The notes under the pieces were generated by a model. The model saw only the letters and a list, made by a program, of their open reading frames with translations, made no database searches and was not told the origin of the DNA. This document shows positions 23,169-33,758 of a stretch of DNA of 64,000 nucleotides, in pieces (position 1 is the first letter of the stretch; each line of letters opens with the position of its first letter). Source of the DNA: an uncultured Gemmatimonadales bacterium (lineage in GTDB: Bacteria > Gemmatimonadota > Gemmatimonadetes > Longimicrobiales > Gaopeijiaceae); contig CAWGKG010000007.1 in the NCBI GenBank assembly GCA_963823035.1, positions 32,001 to 96,000 on the forward strand, in the 5' to 3' direction. Made by a program: the position numbers and the translations under genes.

Positions 23169-24179
23169 GCGAGCGCGGTCCGCGCGGCCGTGGTCGGGGC
23201 GGGGAGCTGGGGTACGGCCCTCGCCGCGCTGCTCGCCAAGCGAGGGCACGACGTCTTGCTCTGGTCGTTCGAGGAGGACGTCGCCCGCGCCATCAACGAG
23301 GACCACGCCAACCCCTACCTGGCCGACACCACCCTCCCACCCACGCTGCGCGCCACGCAGGAACTGGGCGAGGCCGTTCGCGGGGCCGAGCTGGTGGTGT
23401 CCGTGAGCCCCTCCCAGTTCGTCGGACGGGTCATGGCGGACGCGGCCCGGCATCTGGGCCCCGACGCCCTGGTGGTGAGCGCATCGAAGGGGCTGGAGAT
23501 CGACACCCTCCGGCGCATGGACGAGGTGCTCGGGGCGCTGCTGCCAGCCTCCGTGATGGCGCGCTTCTGCGTCCTGTCGGGACCGAGCTTCGCGATCGAG
23601 GTGGCGAACGAAGCCCCGACGGCCGTGGTCGTGGCCTCCCACGACGAAGACGCCGCGCGCACCGTGCAAGCCCACTTCCAGACCGGCTACTTCCGTGTCT
23701 ACACGAACACGGACGTGGTGGGTGTCGAGCTCGCCGGCGCGCTCAAGAACGTCATCGCCGTGGCGGCCGGCGTGACGGCCGGGCTCGGGTATGGTCACAA
23801 CACCCAGGCGGCCCTCGTCACGCGCGGCCTCGCGGAGATCACGCGGCTGGGTGTGGCGATGGGCGCGCAGAGGACTACCTTCTCGGGGTTGGCGGGCATG
23901 GGCGACCTCGTGCTCACCTGCACGGGGAGCCTGAGCCGGAACCGGACGGTCGGGTACCGGCTGGGGCGGGGGGAGACGCTCGCAGCCATCCTCTCCGACA
24001 TGAAGGCCGTGGCCGAGGGCGTGAAGACGGCGCAGGCGGCCTACGCTTTGGCCATGCGGCACGAGGTGGAGATGCCGATCGCGGAGCAGGTGTACGCCAT
24101 CGTGCACGAGGGGCGGGATCCCGCGGAGGCGCTCCGGACGCTGATGACGCGCGATCCCAAGCCGGAAGAGTGGTCGTGA
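23165..24179 (+). CDS. gpsA: NAD(P)H-dependent glycerol-3-phosphate dehydrogenase (probable indel at 5' end)
   Basis: GAGSWGTALA, SGPSFA, GALKNVIA, GDLVLTC..SRN. Confidence 0.95.
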
Positions 24180-24199
24180 ACGCGCAACCAGGATTCGTC

Positions 24200-24571
24200 A
24201 TGAACGAGCCCATCGCGAAGAAGGCCTACTACTCCATCGGCGAGGTATGCGACCTCACCGGCCTCAAGCCGCACGTCCTCCGCTACTGGGAGACGCAGTT
24301 CGACGTCCTGAGCCCCACGAAGAACCGAGCCGGCAACCGTGTCTTCCGCCCCAAGGAGATCGAGCTCGTCCTCCTGGTCAAGCACCTCCTCTACGAGGAG
24401 AAGTACACGATCGAGGGGGCCCGCAAGAAGCTGCAGGAGATGCGATCGTCCGGAGAGATCGAGGGAGAACGCCAGGAGGTGCTCGAGCCCGAGGTGCTGT
24501 CCGGGATGAAGGTCGAGCTCCAGGCCCTGCTCGACACCCTGACACCCTCCGAGCCCTCTCCCGAGGTCTGA
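24200..24571 (+). CDS. MerR family transcriptional regulator
   Basis: YYSIGEV..LKPHVLRYWETQF..YTIEGARKKL. Confidence 0.9.
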   Translation: MNEPIAKKAYYSIGEVCDLTGLKPHVLRYWETQFDVLSPTKNRAGNRVFRPKEIELVLLVKHLLYEEKYTIEGARKKLQEMRSSGEIEGERQEVLEPEVLSGMKVELQALLDTLTPSEPSPEV

Positions 24572-24598
24572 CGAGGGCTCCGACCGTCCCACGACGCC

Positions 24599-25348
24599 AT
24601 GAACATCCTGTGCACCAACGACGACGGGTACCTCGCCACGGGCATCCGCGTGCTCGCGGCCGCGGCCGCCCCGCTCGGTTCCGTCACGACCGTCGCGCCC
24701 GACCGCGAGCAGAGCGCGACCAGCCACTCGCTCACCCTCCACCATCCGCTGCGTGCCCGCCGGACCGTGGACGGCACGTTCATCGTCGACGGAACGCCGA
24801 CCGACTGCGTGATCCTGGCCCTCAACGAGCTCATGGCGGAGAAGGCGGACGTCTGCGTCTCGGGCATCAACCACGGCCCGAACATGGGGGAGGACGTGCT
24901 CTACTCGGGGACGGTCGCCGCGGCCATGGAGGCGACGGTCTTCGGCATTCCCTCCATCGCGCTCAGCTACACGGGGGAGCATCACGAGGAGTTGGAGGGT
25001 TGGGAGGCTTTGATCGCCAGGCTCCTGGAGCGGCTGCTCGACCACCGCGACTTTCCCCGCCAGACGCTGTTCAACGTGAACCTGCCGGGGTTGCCTCCGT
25101 CCGAGGTCCGGGGCATCAAGATCACCTCCCTCGGACGCCGCAAGTACGCGGAGTCGATCACCCGCGCCCACGATCCGTCCGGGCGGGAGTATTTCTGGAT
25201 CGGAGGCGGCGTCGCGAACTGGAGCGGGTCGGACGACTCCGACTTCCAGGCGGTCCGCGACGGTTGGGTATCTGTGACACCACTTTATCTCGACCTTACC
25301 AACTATCGACTGCTGGAGGAGATACGCGGGTGGGACCTGGCCCTGTAG
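24599..25348 (+). CDS. surE: 5'/3'-nucleotidase SurE
   Basis: TNDDG, GTPTDCV, SGINHGPN, YSGTVAAA. Confidence 0.96.
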   Translation: MNILCTNDDGYLATGIRVLAAAAAPLGSVTTVAPDREQSATSHSLTLHHPLRARRTVDGTFIVDGTPTDCVILALNELMAEKADVCVSGINHGPNMGEDVLYSGTVAAAMEATVFGIPSIALSYTGEHHEELEGWEALIARLLERLLDHRDFPRQTLFNVNLPGLPPSEVRGIKITSLGRRKYAESITRAHDPSGREYFWIGGGVANWSGSDDSDFQAVRDGWVSVTPLYLDLTNYRLLEEIRGWDLAL

Positions 25349-26007
25349 ACGACCCCCGCTTCGTCGGCTACCGCCGTCGGCTCATCGAGGACATCCGGGC
25401 GCGCGGCATCGACGACCTCGAGCTGCTCCAGCTCTTCGATCGGGTACCCCGGCACATCTTCCTCCCGGAAGGCGTCCTCCCACGCGCGTACGAGGACGCC
25501 CCCATCCCGATCGGCTACCAGCAGACGGCTTCCCAGCCTTCGCTGCAGGCGTACTACCTCACGCTGCTGCGCCCGGGGCGGGACGAGAAGGTCCTGGAGA
25601 TCGGCACGGGCAGCGGCTACCTCACGGCGCTCCTGGCCCTCATGGCCGACCGCGTCTACTCGGTGGAGCGCGTGCGCGAGCTGTCCCAGCGGGCCCGCAA
25701 GGCGCTCGACGCCATGGCGCTGAAGAACGTGGCCCTCCTGGTCGGGGACGGCACGATCGGATGGAAGAAGTACCAGCCCTTCGACGTGGTGGTCGTGTCC
25801 GCCGCTTCGCCTTCGATCCCACCGGCGCTGGTGGACCAGCTCGGCGACGGAGGTCGCATGCTCATCCCGGTGGGATCACGGGAGTCGCAGGAGCTCCTCC
25901 TGGTGCGCAGGGAGGGGGAGGTGGTCCACGAGGAGGCCGTTCGGGGCGACTGCACGTTCGTGCCGCTCCTCGGCCGATTCGCCTGGCGCGAGGAGACGGG
26001 ACCGTGA
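25330..26007 (+). CDS. pcm: Protein-L-isoaspartate O-methyltransferase
   Basis: VPRHIF, AYEDAPIPIG, VLEIGTGSGY, FVPL; follows surE. Confidence 0.93.
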   Translation: MGPGPVDDPRFVGYRRRLIEDIRARGIDDLELLQLFDRVPRHIFLPEGVLPRAYEDAPIPIGYQQTASQPSLQAYYLTLLRPGRDEKVLEIGTGSGYLTALLALMADRVYSVERVRELSQRARKALDAMALKNVALLVGDGTIGWKKYQPFDVVVVSAASPSIPPALVDQLGDGGRMLIPVGSRESQELLLVRREGEVVHEEAVRGDCTFVPLLGRFAWREETGP

Positions 26008-26672
26008 GCGCGCCCGACGAGCCCGAGGTGGCCGCGACAGCGGACGCGGGAGGCGGCCGACCGGCCTCCGGACGCCGCCGAAGTTGGATCCGGCGGCTCT
26101 ACGACTGGGTGCTGCACTGGGCGGACACGCCCTCGGGCCCCACGGCGCTCTTCCTCCTCGCCCTGGCCGAGTCCTCGTTCTTCCCGGTCCCGCCCGATCC
26201 GCTCCTGATCGCCCTCTGCCTGGGCGCGGCCCGCCGCTCCCTGCGTTTCGCCGCAGTAGCCACCGTGGGGTCCGTGATCGGAGGCGTGATCGGCTATGCG
26301 ATCGGGGCGGGCGCCTGGCAACTCGTGGGGGACTGGTTCTACGCGTATGTCCCGGGCGTTTCGCCCGCGTCGTTCGCGCGCGTCCAGGCGATGTACGACC
26401 GTTGGGACTTCTGGGCCGTATTCCTCGCCGGGCTCACGCCCATCCCGTACAAGGTCTTCACGCTCAGCGCCGGCGTCTTCAGGATCGACTTCCCGGTGTT
26501 CGTCCTCGCGTCCGTGCTGTCCCGGGGGCTCCGCTTCTTCGCCGTGGCCGGACTCATCTACCGATTCGGCCGGCCGATCGCCCGCTTCATCGATCGCTAC
26601 TTCGATCTCCTGGCGGTCGTCTTCGGCGTGCTGCTCGTCGGCGGGTTCATCGTCATCAAGGTCCTCCTCTGA
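26004..26672 (+). CDS. YqaA/DedA family membrane protein
   Basis: AESSFFPVPPD, TPIPYKVF, SRGLRF. Confidence 0.9.
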   Translation: MSAPDEPEVAATADAGGGRPASGRRRSWIRRLYDWVLHWADTPSGPTALFLLALAESSFFPVPPDPLLIALCLGAARRSLRFAAVATVGSVIGGVIGYAIGAGAWQLVGDWFYAYVPGVSPASFARVQAMYDRWDFWAVFLAGLTPIPYKVFTLSAGVFRIDFPVFVLASVLSRGLRFFAVAGLIYRFGRPIARFIDRYFDLLAVVFGVLLVGGFIVIKVLL

Positions 26673-26786
26673 GCCGGGAGGAGAGGGGGCCGGCCGAGCG
26701 CGGTCGTTCGTTTCGCCACGCCTTGCGGCCCGCTATATTTGCGAATCGATCCTGCGCCCCCGGGGGATCACCGCGGAGCGTATCCG

Positions 26787-27299
26787 ATGGAAGAGCACCA
26801 CAACCACACGAGTCCACCCGAGCCCTCGTTGGAGGACTTCGAGCGGGCACGAGCGCTCCCGCCCCCGGCCTTCCCGCCCGGATTCCGGCGGGTGAGCGTC
26901 CGACGAGGGCTGGAGCGGCGGGGGCCACGGGGGAGGGCTCGCGTGCGGGCCATCGAGGACGCCTACCTCGCGGGCGAACCCTTCATCTCTCCCGACGAGC
27001 CCATCCCGCATCGCCAGCCGCGATCCGGGTCCCACGATGACGAGGACATCGACCCGGACGACGTCGTGGTCACGGGGATGGGGGACGATGCGCACCTCGA
27101 GCCGGAGGCGCTGGGCCTGATGAAGGACCCGGACGTCGTCGCCCTCACGGAGCAGGTCGTCGCCCTCGCCGAAGGGCTTCGCTTGCGGGGGGAGGACAGC
27201 CTGCGCGAGCATCCCGGGATGTCCCGCTTCGAGGCGACGCTGCGCGCCTACTGCACGGGCTACCTGAGGGGGCGGCGCGCCGACGAGGAGCGCTCCTGA
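26787..27299 (+). CDS. Hypothetical protein
   Basis: SD GGAG, typical codon usage, acidic middle and helical C-terminus. Confidence 0.65.
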   Translation: MEEHHNHTSPPEPSLEDFERARALPPPAFPPGFRRVSVRRGLERRGPRGRARVRAIEDAYLAGEPFISPDEPIPHRQPRSGSHDDEDIDPDDVVVTGMGDDAHLEPEALGLMKDPDVVALTEQVVALAEGLRLRGEDSLREHPGMSRFEATLRAYCTGYLRGRRADEERS

Positions 27300-27410
27300 G
27301 CGCGACGGGGCTCGCCGACCCGGGCGGGCTCCGTCGATCGTCCCCACGACCTCCCGATCATGCGCCCGGACGGGTGGACGGGACCGGCCGTCGTCGCGAT
27401 CTTCGGCCGC

Positions 27411-27484
<74 letters not shown>

Positions 27485-27565
27485 TTCTCATCGCCGCGAT
27501 GGATGAGGTCATGATCTCTCCAGCCGAGCGCAAGCTGAAACCCCTCAGGCCGGCCCCGTGGGCGC

Positions 27566-29083
27566 ATGCACGCGGCCCGACCCGGGAGTGACGGGAACCC
27601 GGTGAGCCCGGCGTCCCGGGGGCTGCTTCCCGGCCTCTTCCTCGCGGTGGCCGTGGCGTTCGCGGTGCTCGCCGTGAACCGCCACTGGCTGCTTCCCTCC
27701 CTGGACGCGACGGGCGTGCGCTACCTTGCGGCGACGCCCCAGCTGGCCGCCGGGGCTCTCCCCGCCATCCCCATCGCGCCCTGGGACGCGGACAACGGCG
27801 CTTCGGGGCTCGACGGGCGCGGCACCCTCATGCCGATCGTGATGGCGGCCCTGATGAGCGCCGGTGGCGCCCGCGCCTACGTGGTCGGGCTCTGGGTGCT
27901 CGCCGGGGCAGCCGCCCTCGCGGTGCTCGCGTTGGCCTGGACCGTGGGGGGAGCGGCCGGTGCCGGAGGGGCCGCCCTCGCCGGGGGACTCGTTGCGCTG
28001 GCGCCCTTCACGCTGGATGCGGCCACCTCCCTGCAGCCGTCGCTCCTCCTGGGCGCCCTGACGGCGGTCATGATCGGCACGATGGCTTACCAGCCCCGCT
28101 GGCACGCTGCCCACGGCTTCCTCGCGGCCCTCGCGTGGCTCGCACATCCGGCGGGGGTAGGGGCCGTCGCGGCCGCGGTGGTCTGGCCGGCAGCGCAACC
28201 GCATCGCGGGCGATGGCGAGGGCGCGCACTCCTCGCCGCCGCTCCGGCGGCCGTCCTCCTCGCGCTGGGAGCCCGCTGGCCGCTGCTCGCCCCGCCCACG
28301 AGTTCCCCGTCCCTCCGGGCCCTCGGGGACGCGCTCAACGAGCTCGCAGGGGCCGCCGTGCCGTTCGCGCGGGGGGGGTGGACCACCACTACGGCCCCGA
28401 TCCTTCTCGCGAGCGTGGGCGCCCTGGCGGTGGCCGAGGCGCGCGCGACCCCCGAGCCTCCGGCCGCGCCCCACTGGTCCGAGCCGGCGGCGATGGACCT
28501 TCTGGCGATGCGCTTCCGGCGAGCGACCGGCGTCGTGGCCCTCGCGTCCCTCGTGGCGACGGCCTGGGGCGGGCGCGTGCCGGGGAGCTGGCTACCTGCC
28601 GCCTTCCTCGTCCTCGCCCTTGGCGCCGCGGTGTCGGTGCGTTGGAAGCGTCGGCTGCGGGGACCTCTAGGGTGGGTGCCGCTCGTCCTCCTCCTGCTCT
28701 GGGGGACGGCCGCGGCGTGGACCTCGCGGGCCAGGCTGGTGGAGCTCCGTGCGGAGGGGAGAGGCGCAACCGCGAGCGTCTGGGTGGAGTCTCCCGTGAT
28801 CCGCTGGATCGACAACCGCTCGCGGCCCTACGCCGAGATCTACGCCACCGACCCGGCCCTGGTCCTGGTACAGTCGGGACGCGGCGCACGAACGCTCCCG
28901 GCCGAGGGAGAGGAGCTCGCCGCGTTCGCCCGCCACTTCTCGGCCCACCCGGGCGCGGTCGTACTCACGCGACCCCACGACGGCGAGGCACGGGCGCGGG
29001 AGCTGACCACGCTGTTGGGGCTGCGCGAGGTGGTTCGCGTCGACGAGGGACGCATCCTCGTCCCCGCGGACTCACTCCCCTGA
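27566..29083 (+). CDS. Polytopic membrane protein (possibly GT-C-like)
   Basis: Many hydrophobic segments, a loop after TM1 and a soluble C-terminal domain. Confidence 0.6.
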   Translation: MHAARPGSDGNPVSPASRGLLPGLFLAVAVAFAVLAVNRHWLLPSLDATGVRYLAATPQLAAGALPAIPIAPWDADNGASGLDGRGTLMPIVMAALMSAGGARAYVVGLWVLAGAAALAVLALAWTVGGAAGAGGAALAGGLVALAPFTLDAATSLQPSLLLGALTAVMIGTMAYQPRWHAAHGFLAALAWLAHPAGVGAVAAAVVWPAAQPHRGRWRGRALLAAAPAAVLLALGARWPLLAPPTSSPSLRALGDALNELAGAAVPFARGGWTTTTAPILLASVGALAVAEARATPEPPAAPHWSEPAAMDLLAMRFRRATGVVALASLVATAWGGRVPGSWLPAAFLVLALGAAVSVRWKRRLRGPLGWVPLVLLLLWGTAAAWTSRARLVELRAEGRGATASVWVESPVIRWIDNRSRPYAEIYATDPALVLVQSGRGARTLPAEGEELAAFARHFSAHPGAVVLTRPHDGEARARELTTLLGLREVVRVDEGRILVPADSLP

Positions 29084-29084
29084 C

Positions 29085-31319
29085 CTACGTCGCTCCGGGC
29101 TGGCCGTCGCCGAAGGGATCCATCCGCCAGCCGACATAGCGCGCCAGAGCGGAGGCCGCCCGGTCGCCGCGCCTGAAGGTGGGGATGCCGGCGCTCTCCA
29201 GGTCGCGCACGAAGGCATCGTACCCGGGCCCGCCGTCCACGGCCGCGACCCACGCCTTGGGGCATCGCGCACGCAGCGCACCCAGGCCGGCGGCGAGCCC
29301 TCCCTTTCGCTCGACCCCATCGCCCGGTCCCACGACGGACCGGAGAGCCGGCGTGAGCGGAACGCACCCAACCACGCCGACGTCCACGCCTTCGTCCTCC
29401 AGCATGGCCTCCGCGGCCCGCAGGAAGGCGTCGTCGTCGAAGATCGGGGTCACGTCCATCGGGTTCCGGGGCGCGACGATTCCCTCGAGCCCGCACGCGG
29501 CCACGAGGCGCGCGAGCGTCTCCGCGGTCGCCGCCCCGGGCGGACCGATGTCGAGCCCGATCGCGCCGTCCGCGAGCACGACGCACTCGAAGCCCGCGTT
29601 CGAAAGGGCCCCCAGGCGTCTGCCGACGCCTCGACCGTCGAGGAGCGTGGCGACGCGGACGAGGTCCTCGAAGTCGTCGAGGCGATCCGCGACCAGCACG
29701 CCCGCGGCGCGCGCGAGGTCCCGCGTGAGCCCGTAGTCGCCCGCCAACGACGCGGTGTGCGACACGGCCGCCTCCGCGCCGCGTGCCGTTCGCCCGGCTC
29801 GGTACAGCACGACCGCGCGTCCCTCCTCGGCCAGACGGCGCGCCACGCGCAGGAAGCGCCGGCCATCGAGCGGGCGGAATCCCTCCACGTAGCACGCGAA
29901 CACACGCACGTCGGCGTCGTCCGCCAGGTGCTCGAGGTACTCTCCGACCGTGACGTCGAGCTGGTTGCCGACGGTCACGACGTAGCGGGGGTCGAGCCAG
30001 GGAAGGGCGCTCGCCCGCGCGATCGCGAAGGCCCCGCTCTGCGAGATGAGCGCCACGGGATGGGGGGGTCCCCCGGGGAAGGCCAGGCGCGCCCGCGGGA
30101 TGAACAGCGTATCGTAGCCGCCGGGGTGCGACCGGATGCCGAGGCAGTTCCCCCCGTTGAGGACCGGAGCCTCGTCACCGGCGGCGGCGAGCAGCGCGCG
30201 CACGCCCGCGGCACCCTCCTCGTTGGCGCCCGCCTCGCCGAGTCCGCCCGATACGAGAAGGATGGAGCGGGCGCGCCGGCCCTCCACCACCCGCTCGAGG
30301 AGGGGCGGAACGTCGGCGGCTGGCACGCTCACCACCAGCAGATCGACGTCGGTCCCGAGCGCCTCCACGTCCGGGACGCAGACGCACCCGTCCAGCGTGT
30401 CCAGGCCGGCCTTGACCACCCGTACGTCGTCCGGCGGGTAGCCCATGGCCAGGAGGTTGCGGAGGATCGAGCGGCCGGGGCCGTCGCCGCGGGAGACCCC
30501 CACGAGCGCGATCGAGCGGGGGAGGAGGAGCGCTTCGAATCCCCTGCGTCTCGCGGGGTGCATCGGACGGGGGACGAGGACGCCCGGCGTCGACGAGGCG
30601 TCGGGGATGCGCGCCAGCACGTCGAGGGCGACCGGCCTGCCCCCCGCGAGGACGAGCGGATTGATCTCGATCTCCGTCACCAGAGCGGGGACGGCCACCT
30701 CGGCGAGCTTCCCGAAGCGCCGCACGGCCTCCGCCAGGGTTTGGGCGGAGGCCCGTCCGGGGCGCCCACGCGTGGTGCCGAGCGCGAGCGGGGCGAAGGG
30801 CCACGCGGCGAGAGCGCGCTCCGACCCCGGCGTCAGGTGCAGCACCGCGCCGCGCCCGTCCATGAGCGCGGCCATCGCCTCCGCGTCCACGCCGCCCGGC
30901 CCGATCGACACCACGGTCCCGAACTCCGCGGACCAACGGGCACCGAGCAGGAGCTCGCCACCCGGATCCCGGTCGTGATGGATCCAGGCCTGAACGGCCC
31001 ACCGCCCGCCGTGCCCGGCCCCCAGCTCGCGGGCCGTGCGGCGCACCATGGCCGAGGTGCGCGGGACCACGCGTACGCCCCCGACCTCCGTCCGGTGCGC
31101 GACGTCGAGCCGCTTGACCACGACCCGGTCTCCCGGGAGGGCGTCGAGGTCGAGCTCCGGGCCCGAACCGACCAGCACCTGCATCACGGGTGTGCCCCAG
31201 CCCATCAGGTCGAGGACCGGGAAGAGCTCCGCCTCGCCCAGCGTGGTGCGACCCGCCCGCCGCGCCGCGTGCACGGCCCGTGCGAGCACCTCGACCGCTC
31301 CCTCCACCCAGCGCTCCAA
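29085..31319 (-). CDS. ADP-forming acyl-CoA synthetase, ATP-grasp domain N-terminal
   Basis: HRTEVGGV, EIEINPL, PRSIALVG, GGNCLG, ISQSGA, SHTASLAG, NPMDVT. Confidence 0.85.
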   Translation of the reverse strand: MERWVEGAVEVLARAVHAARRAGRTTLGEAELFPVLDLMGWGTPVMQVLVGSGPELDLDALPGDRVVVKRLDVAHRTEVGGVRVVPRTSAMVRRTARELGAGHGGRWAVQAWIHHDRDPGGELLLGARWSAEFGTVVSIGPGGVDAEAMAALMDGRGAVLHLTPGSERALAAWPFAPLALGTTRGRPGRASAQTLAEAVRRFGKLAEVAVPALVTEIEINPLVLAGGRPVALDVLARIPDASSTPGVLVPRPMHPARRRGFEALLLPRSIALVGVSRGDGPGRSILRNLLAMGYPPDDVRVVKAGLDTLDGCVCVPDVEALGTDVDLLVVSVPAADVPPLLERVVEGRRARSILLVSGGLGEAGANEEGAAGVRALLAAAGDEAPVLNGGNCLGIRSHPGGYDTLFIPRARLAFPGGPPHPVALISQSGAFAIARASALPWLDPRYVVTVGNQLDVTVGEYLEHLADDADVRVFACYVEGFRPLDGRRFLRVARRLAEEGRAVVLYRAGRTARGAEAAVSHTASLAGDYGLTRDLARAAGVLVADRLDDFEDLVRVATLLDGRGVGRRLGALSNAGFECVVLADGAIGLDIGPPGAATAETLARLVAACGLEGIVAPRNPMDVTPIFDDDAFLRAAEAMLEDEGVDVGVVGCVPLTPALRSVVGPGDGVERKGGLAAGLGALRARCPKAWVAAVDGGPGYDAFVRDLESAGIPTFRRGDRAASALARYVGWRMDPFGDGQPGAT

Positions 31320-31334
31320 CCCGGTGCCCCGACG

Positions 31335-31922
31335 TCAGTGCGTCGTGGGCACCACCGCGGCCGCCGCTCCGGCCGCGAAAGCGCGCAGGTTCATCTCCAC
31401 GAGCTTCTCCCCCTTCGCCGTGAAGAACGCCGCCACGCACGTCTCGAGGTTGGAGGTGGAGAGGGGCAGCCAGGCCGCCGCGGCCCCGATCAGGACCACG
31501 TTGTTCGCATGACCGCTCCCCGCCTCACGGGCGATCGGATCCGCGTCCACGACCACGGCATGGGGCAAGGAATGGAGCGCCGCGAGGAGGTCCTCCATGG
31601 CGGGATAGTCGGGGATGTTCCGCACCGGGCTCGCGGAGGTGACGAGCATGCCCTCCGTCGAGAGGTAGGGGAGCCAACGCAGGGCCTCCAACGGCTCGAG
31701 GCTCAGGATCATCTCCGCGCTCCCGTGCGCGATCAGGTCGCTGGCCACCGGATGGTCGGCCATGCGCAGGTTGGCCGTGACGGCCCCACCGCGCTGGCTC
31801 ATCCCGTGCACCTCGCCCTGTTTGACCGTGAGCCCCTCGCGCCGCCCCGCCTCCGCCAGGATGGCGGCGGCGGTGAGCACGCCCTGGCCGCCCACGCCGC
31901 TCAGCACGATGTCGAGCTTCAC
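31335..31922 (-). CDS. iorB: Indolepyruvate:ferredoxin oxidoreductase beta subunit
   Basis: GVGGQG, EVHGMSQRGGAV, EPLEALR. Confidence 0.92.
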   Translation of the reverse strand: MKLDIVLSGVGGQGVLTAAAILAEAGRREGLTVKQGEVHGMSQRGGAVTANLRMADHPVASDLIAHGSAEMILSLEPLEALRWLPYLSTEGMLVTSASPVRNIPDYPAMEDLLAALHSLPHAVVVDADPIAREAGSGHANNVVLIGAAAAWLPLSTSNLETCVAAFFTAKGEKLVEMNLRAFAAGAAAAVVPTTH

Positions 31923-33595
31923 CTTTCCCCTCCGTTCTCTTGCCGACGGGCCTTCTTCTCCTTGCGCGCCGCCTCGATGCACGCGCGGGCAGCCACGATC
32001 ACCGAGAGCCCACGGTGCTCCAGCTCCCGGCGCACGAGGGCGGCCAGTTCCTCCGTCCGCTTCGGGTGGACGGCCACCACGTGCAGGTGGTCGGGTTCCA
32101 CCCCCATCCCGAGGAGGATGGGCTCCAGCTTCGCGTCGGTGAGCACGGTCGGCTGCTGCCCCGTCATCGCCACGGTACTGTTGTCGAGGATGATGACGGT
32201 CATGTCGCTGTCATGCGCGACCGCGTCCGCCAGCCCGGTGAGGCCCGAGTGCAGGAAGGTCGAGTCGCCCACGATGGCGATCGTCGGCCCAGCGCCCGCG
32301 TCCGAGGCGCCCTTCGCCATCCCCACGGAGGCGCCCATGCACACGCACGACTCCAGCGCGCCGTAGGGCGGGAGGGCGCCGAGCGTGTAGCAGCCGATGT
32401 CGCCGGCCGCCACCGCGCCCCCGTATCCGTCCAGCGCCATGCGGATCGCCCCGAACGCGTCGCGGTGCGGACAGCCCGGGCAGAGCTGCGGCGGCCGCGC
32501 GGGTAGCGCCATCGGCGGCGCGACCTGCGGGTGGGCGGGGAGCCCGAGCGCCGCGCGCACCGAGTCCGGGGTCAGCTCGCCCGCGAGGGGGACGTGGCCC
32601 GACTCCTTCCCGTGCACGGGCACCGGCGCCCCGAACACGCCGCGCAGGCGGCTCTCCAGGAACGGATAGCCCTCCTCGAGCACCAGGATCCGGTCGACCT
32701 TCCCGGCCAGGGCGCGCAGCGCGCCCGTGGGTGCGGGGTAGGCGCCCACGTGCACGTGCGGGACCGGGCCCCTCAGCTCGGGGAGGGCCTCCTCGAGGTA
32801 GTTCCTGGCGATCCCGGTGGTGACGACGCCCAGCGGGGAACGCTCCTCCGGGAGGCGCGTGCGTACCCACCTGGACGCCTCGACCCACGCGTGGACGGCG
32901 GGCTGGGCGTCGAGGAGCGCCTGCCAGAGTCGGCGGGCGTTGCCGGGGAGGAGCGTCCAGTCGCGGGCGTCGCCGAACTTGCGGGCCTCTCCGTGCGTCT
33001 CGGGCTCGGAGCCCACGACCTCCGCACGCCCGTGGCAGATGCGCGTCACCAGCCTCACCATCACCGGCACGCTGAAGCGCTCGGAGAGGGCGAAGGCCTC
33101 GCGCGTCATGTCGTACGCCTCCTGCTGCGTGGCCGGCTCGAGGCACGGCACGCGCGCGAAGTCGGCGAGGACGCGGGAGTCCTGCTCGTTCTGGGAGCTG
33201 TGCATCCCGGGATCGTCCGCCACCACGAGCACCAGCCCGCCGTGGATCCGCACCAGAGCCGAGTTCACGAAGGGGTCCATCGCGACGTTCAACCCCACGT
33301 GCTTCATCGTCACGAGCGCGCGCATGCCCACCATCGACGCGCCGAGCGCCTGCTCGTACGCCGTCTTCTCGTTGGTGCACCAGTGTGCGGTGATGCCGTG
33401 CTCGTCGGCCTGGGGAAGGATCGCCTCGAAGATCTCGGTGGACGGAGTACCGGGGTACGCATAGGCCGACGAGATGCCGGCATGAACGGCGGCGAGAGCC
33501 ACGGCCTCGTCGCCGAGAAGGAGCGGAGGACGGACCGTCGCGGCGGGGCTGGGCCCGCGTCGCTTCGGTGGGTCCTGGAGAATTCCTTTGGGCAT
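31919..33595 (-). CDS. iorA: Indolepyruvate:ferredoxin oxidoreductase alpha subunit
   Basis: YPGTPSTE, MKHVGLNVA, DDPGMHSSQNEQD, CPGCPH, GDSTFLHSG, AMTGQQ. Confidence 0.93.
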   Translation of the reverse strand: MPKGILQDPPKRRGPSPAATVRPPLLLGDEAVALAAVHAGISSAYAYPGTPSTEIFEAILPQADEHGITAHWCTNEKTAYEQALGASMVGMRALVTMKHVGLNVAMDPFVNSALVRIHGGLVLVVADDPGMHSSQNEQDSRVLADFARVPCLEPATQQEAYDMTREAFALSERFSVPVMVRLVTRICHGRAEVVGSEPETHGEARKFGDARDWTLLPGNARRLWQALLDAQPAVHAWVEASRWVRTRLPEERSPLGVVTTGIARNYLEEALPELRGPVPHVHVGAYPAPTGALRALAGKVDRILVLEEGYPFLESRLRGVFGAPVPVHGKESGHVPLAGELTPDSVRAALGLPAHPQVAPPMALPARPPQLCPGCPHRDAFGAIRMALDGYGGAVAAGDIGCYTLGALPPYGALESCVCMGASVGMAKGASDAGAGPTIAIVGDSTFLHSGLTGLADAVAHDSDMTVIILDNSTVAMTGQQPTVLTDAKLEPILLGMGVEPDHLHVVAVHPKRTEELAALVRRELEHRGLSVIVAARACIEAARKEKKARRQENGGER

Positions 33596-33758
33596 GGTAT
33601 TCCCATGGAGTGGAACGGGGTATTGGAGTCTAGGCAGAGCGGGACGCGGATTCCGTCGGGAAATCCCTGAAATCGCGGCCCGCCACCCCCCGCGCCCCGG
33701 TTGCGGACAGCCCCGGGGAGCGGCTATTTCGAGGCCTTCCCCGACCCTCGGAGGCCGC

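Noticed and set aside
21489..24107. Long antisense or alternate-frame ORFs (e.g. 872 aa here, 869 aa at 29757-32366, 698 aa at 4979-7075)
   Set aside because: Shadow ORFs of GC-rich real genes with low-complexity Arg/Gly/Ala-rich translations.
25265..25320. Milder AT-rich patches at gene ends (surE 3' end; also 58150-58200 and 54620-54720)
   Set aside because: Best explained as ordinary internal promoters or translation-initiation regions; no clear motif could be called.
27500..27550. Glycine-riboswitch-like words (GCCGA..GCAA..AAACCCCTCAGG) after tRNA-Arg
   Set aside because: Lacks a clean GGAGA and CCGAAG core and a supporting P1 stem; downstream gene is unrelated. An Infernal search would decide.
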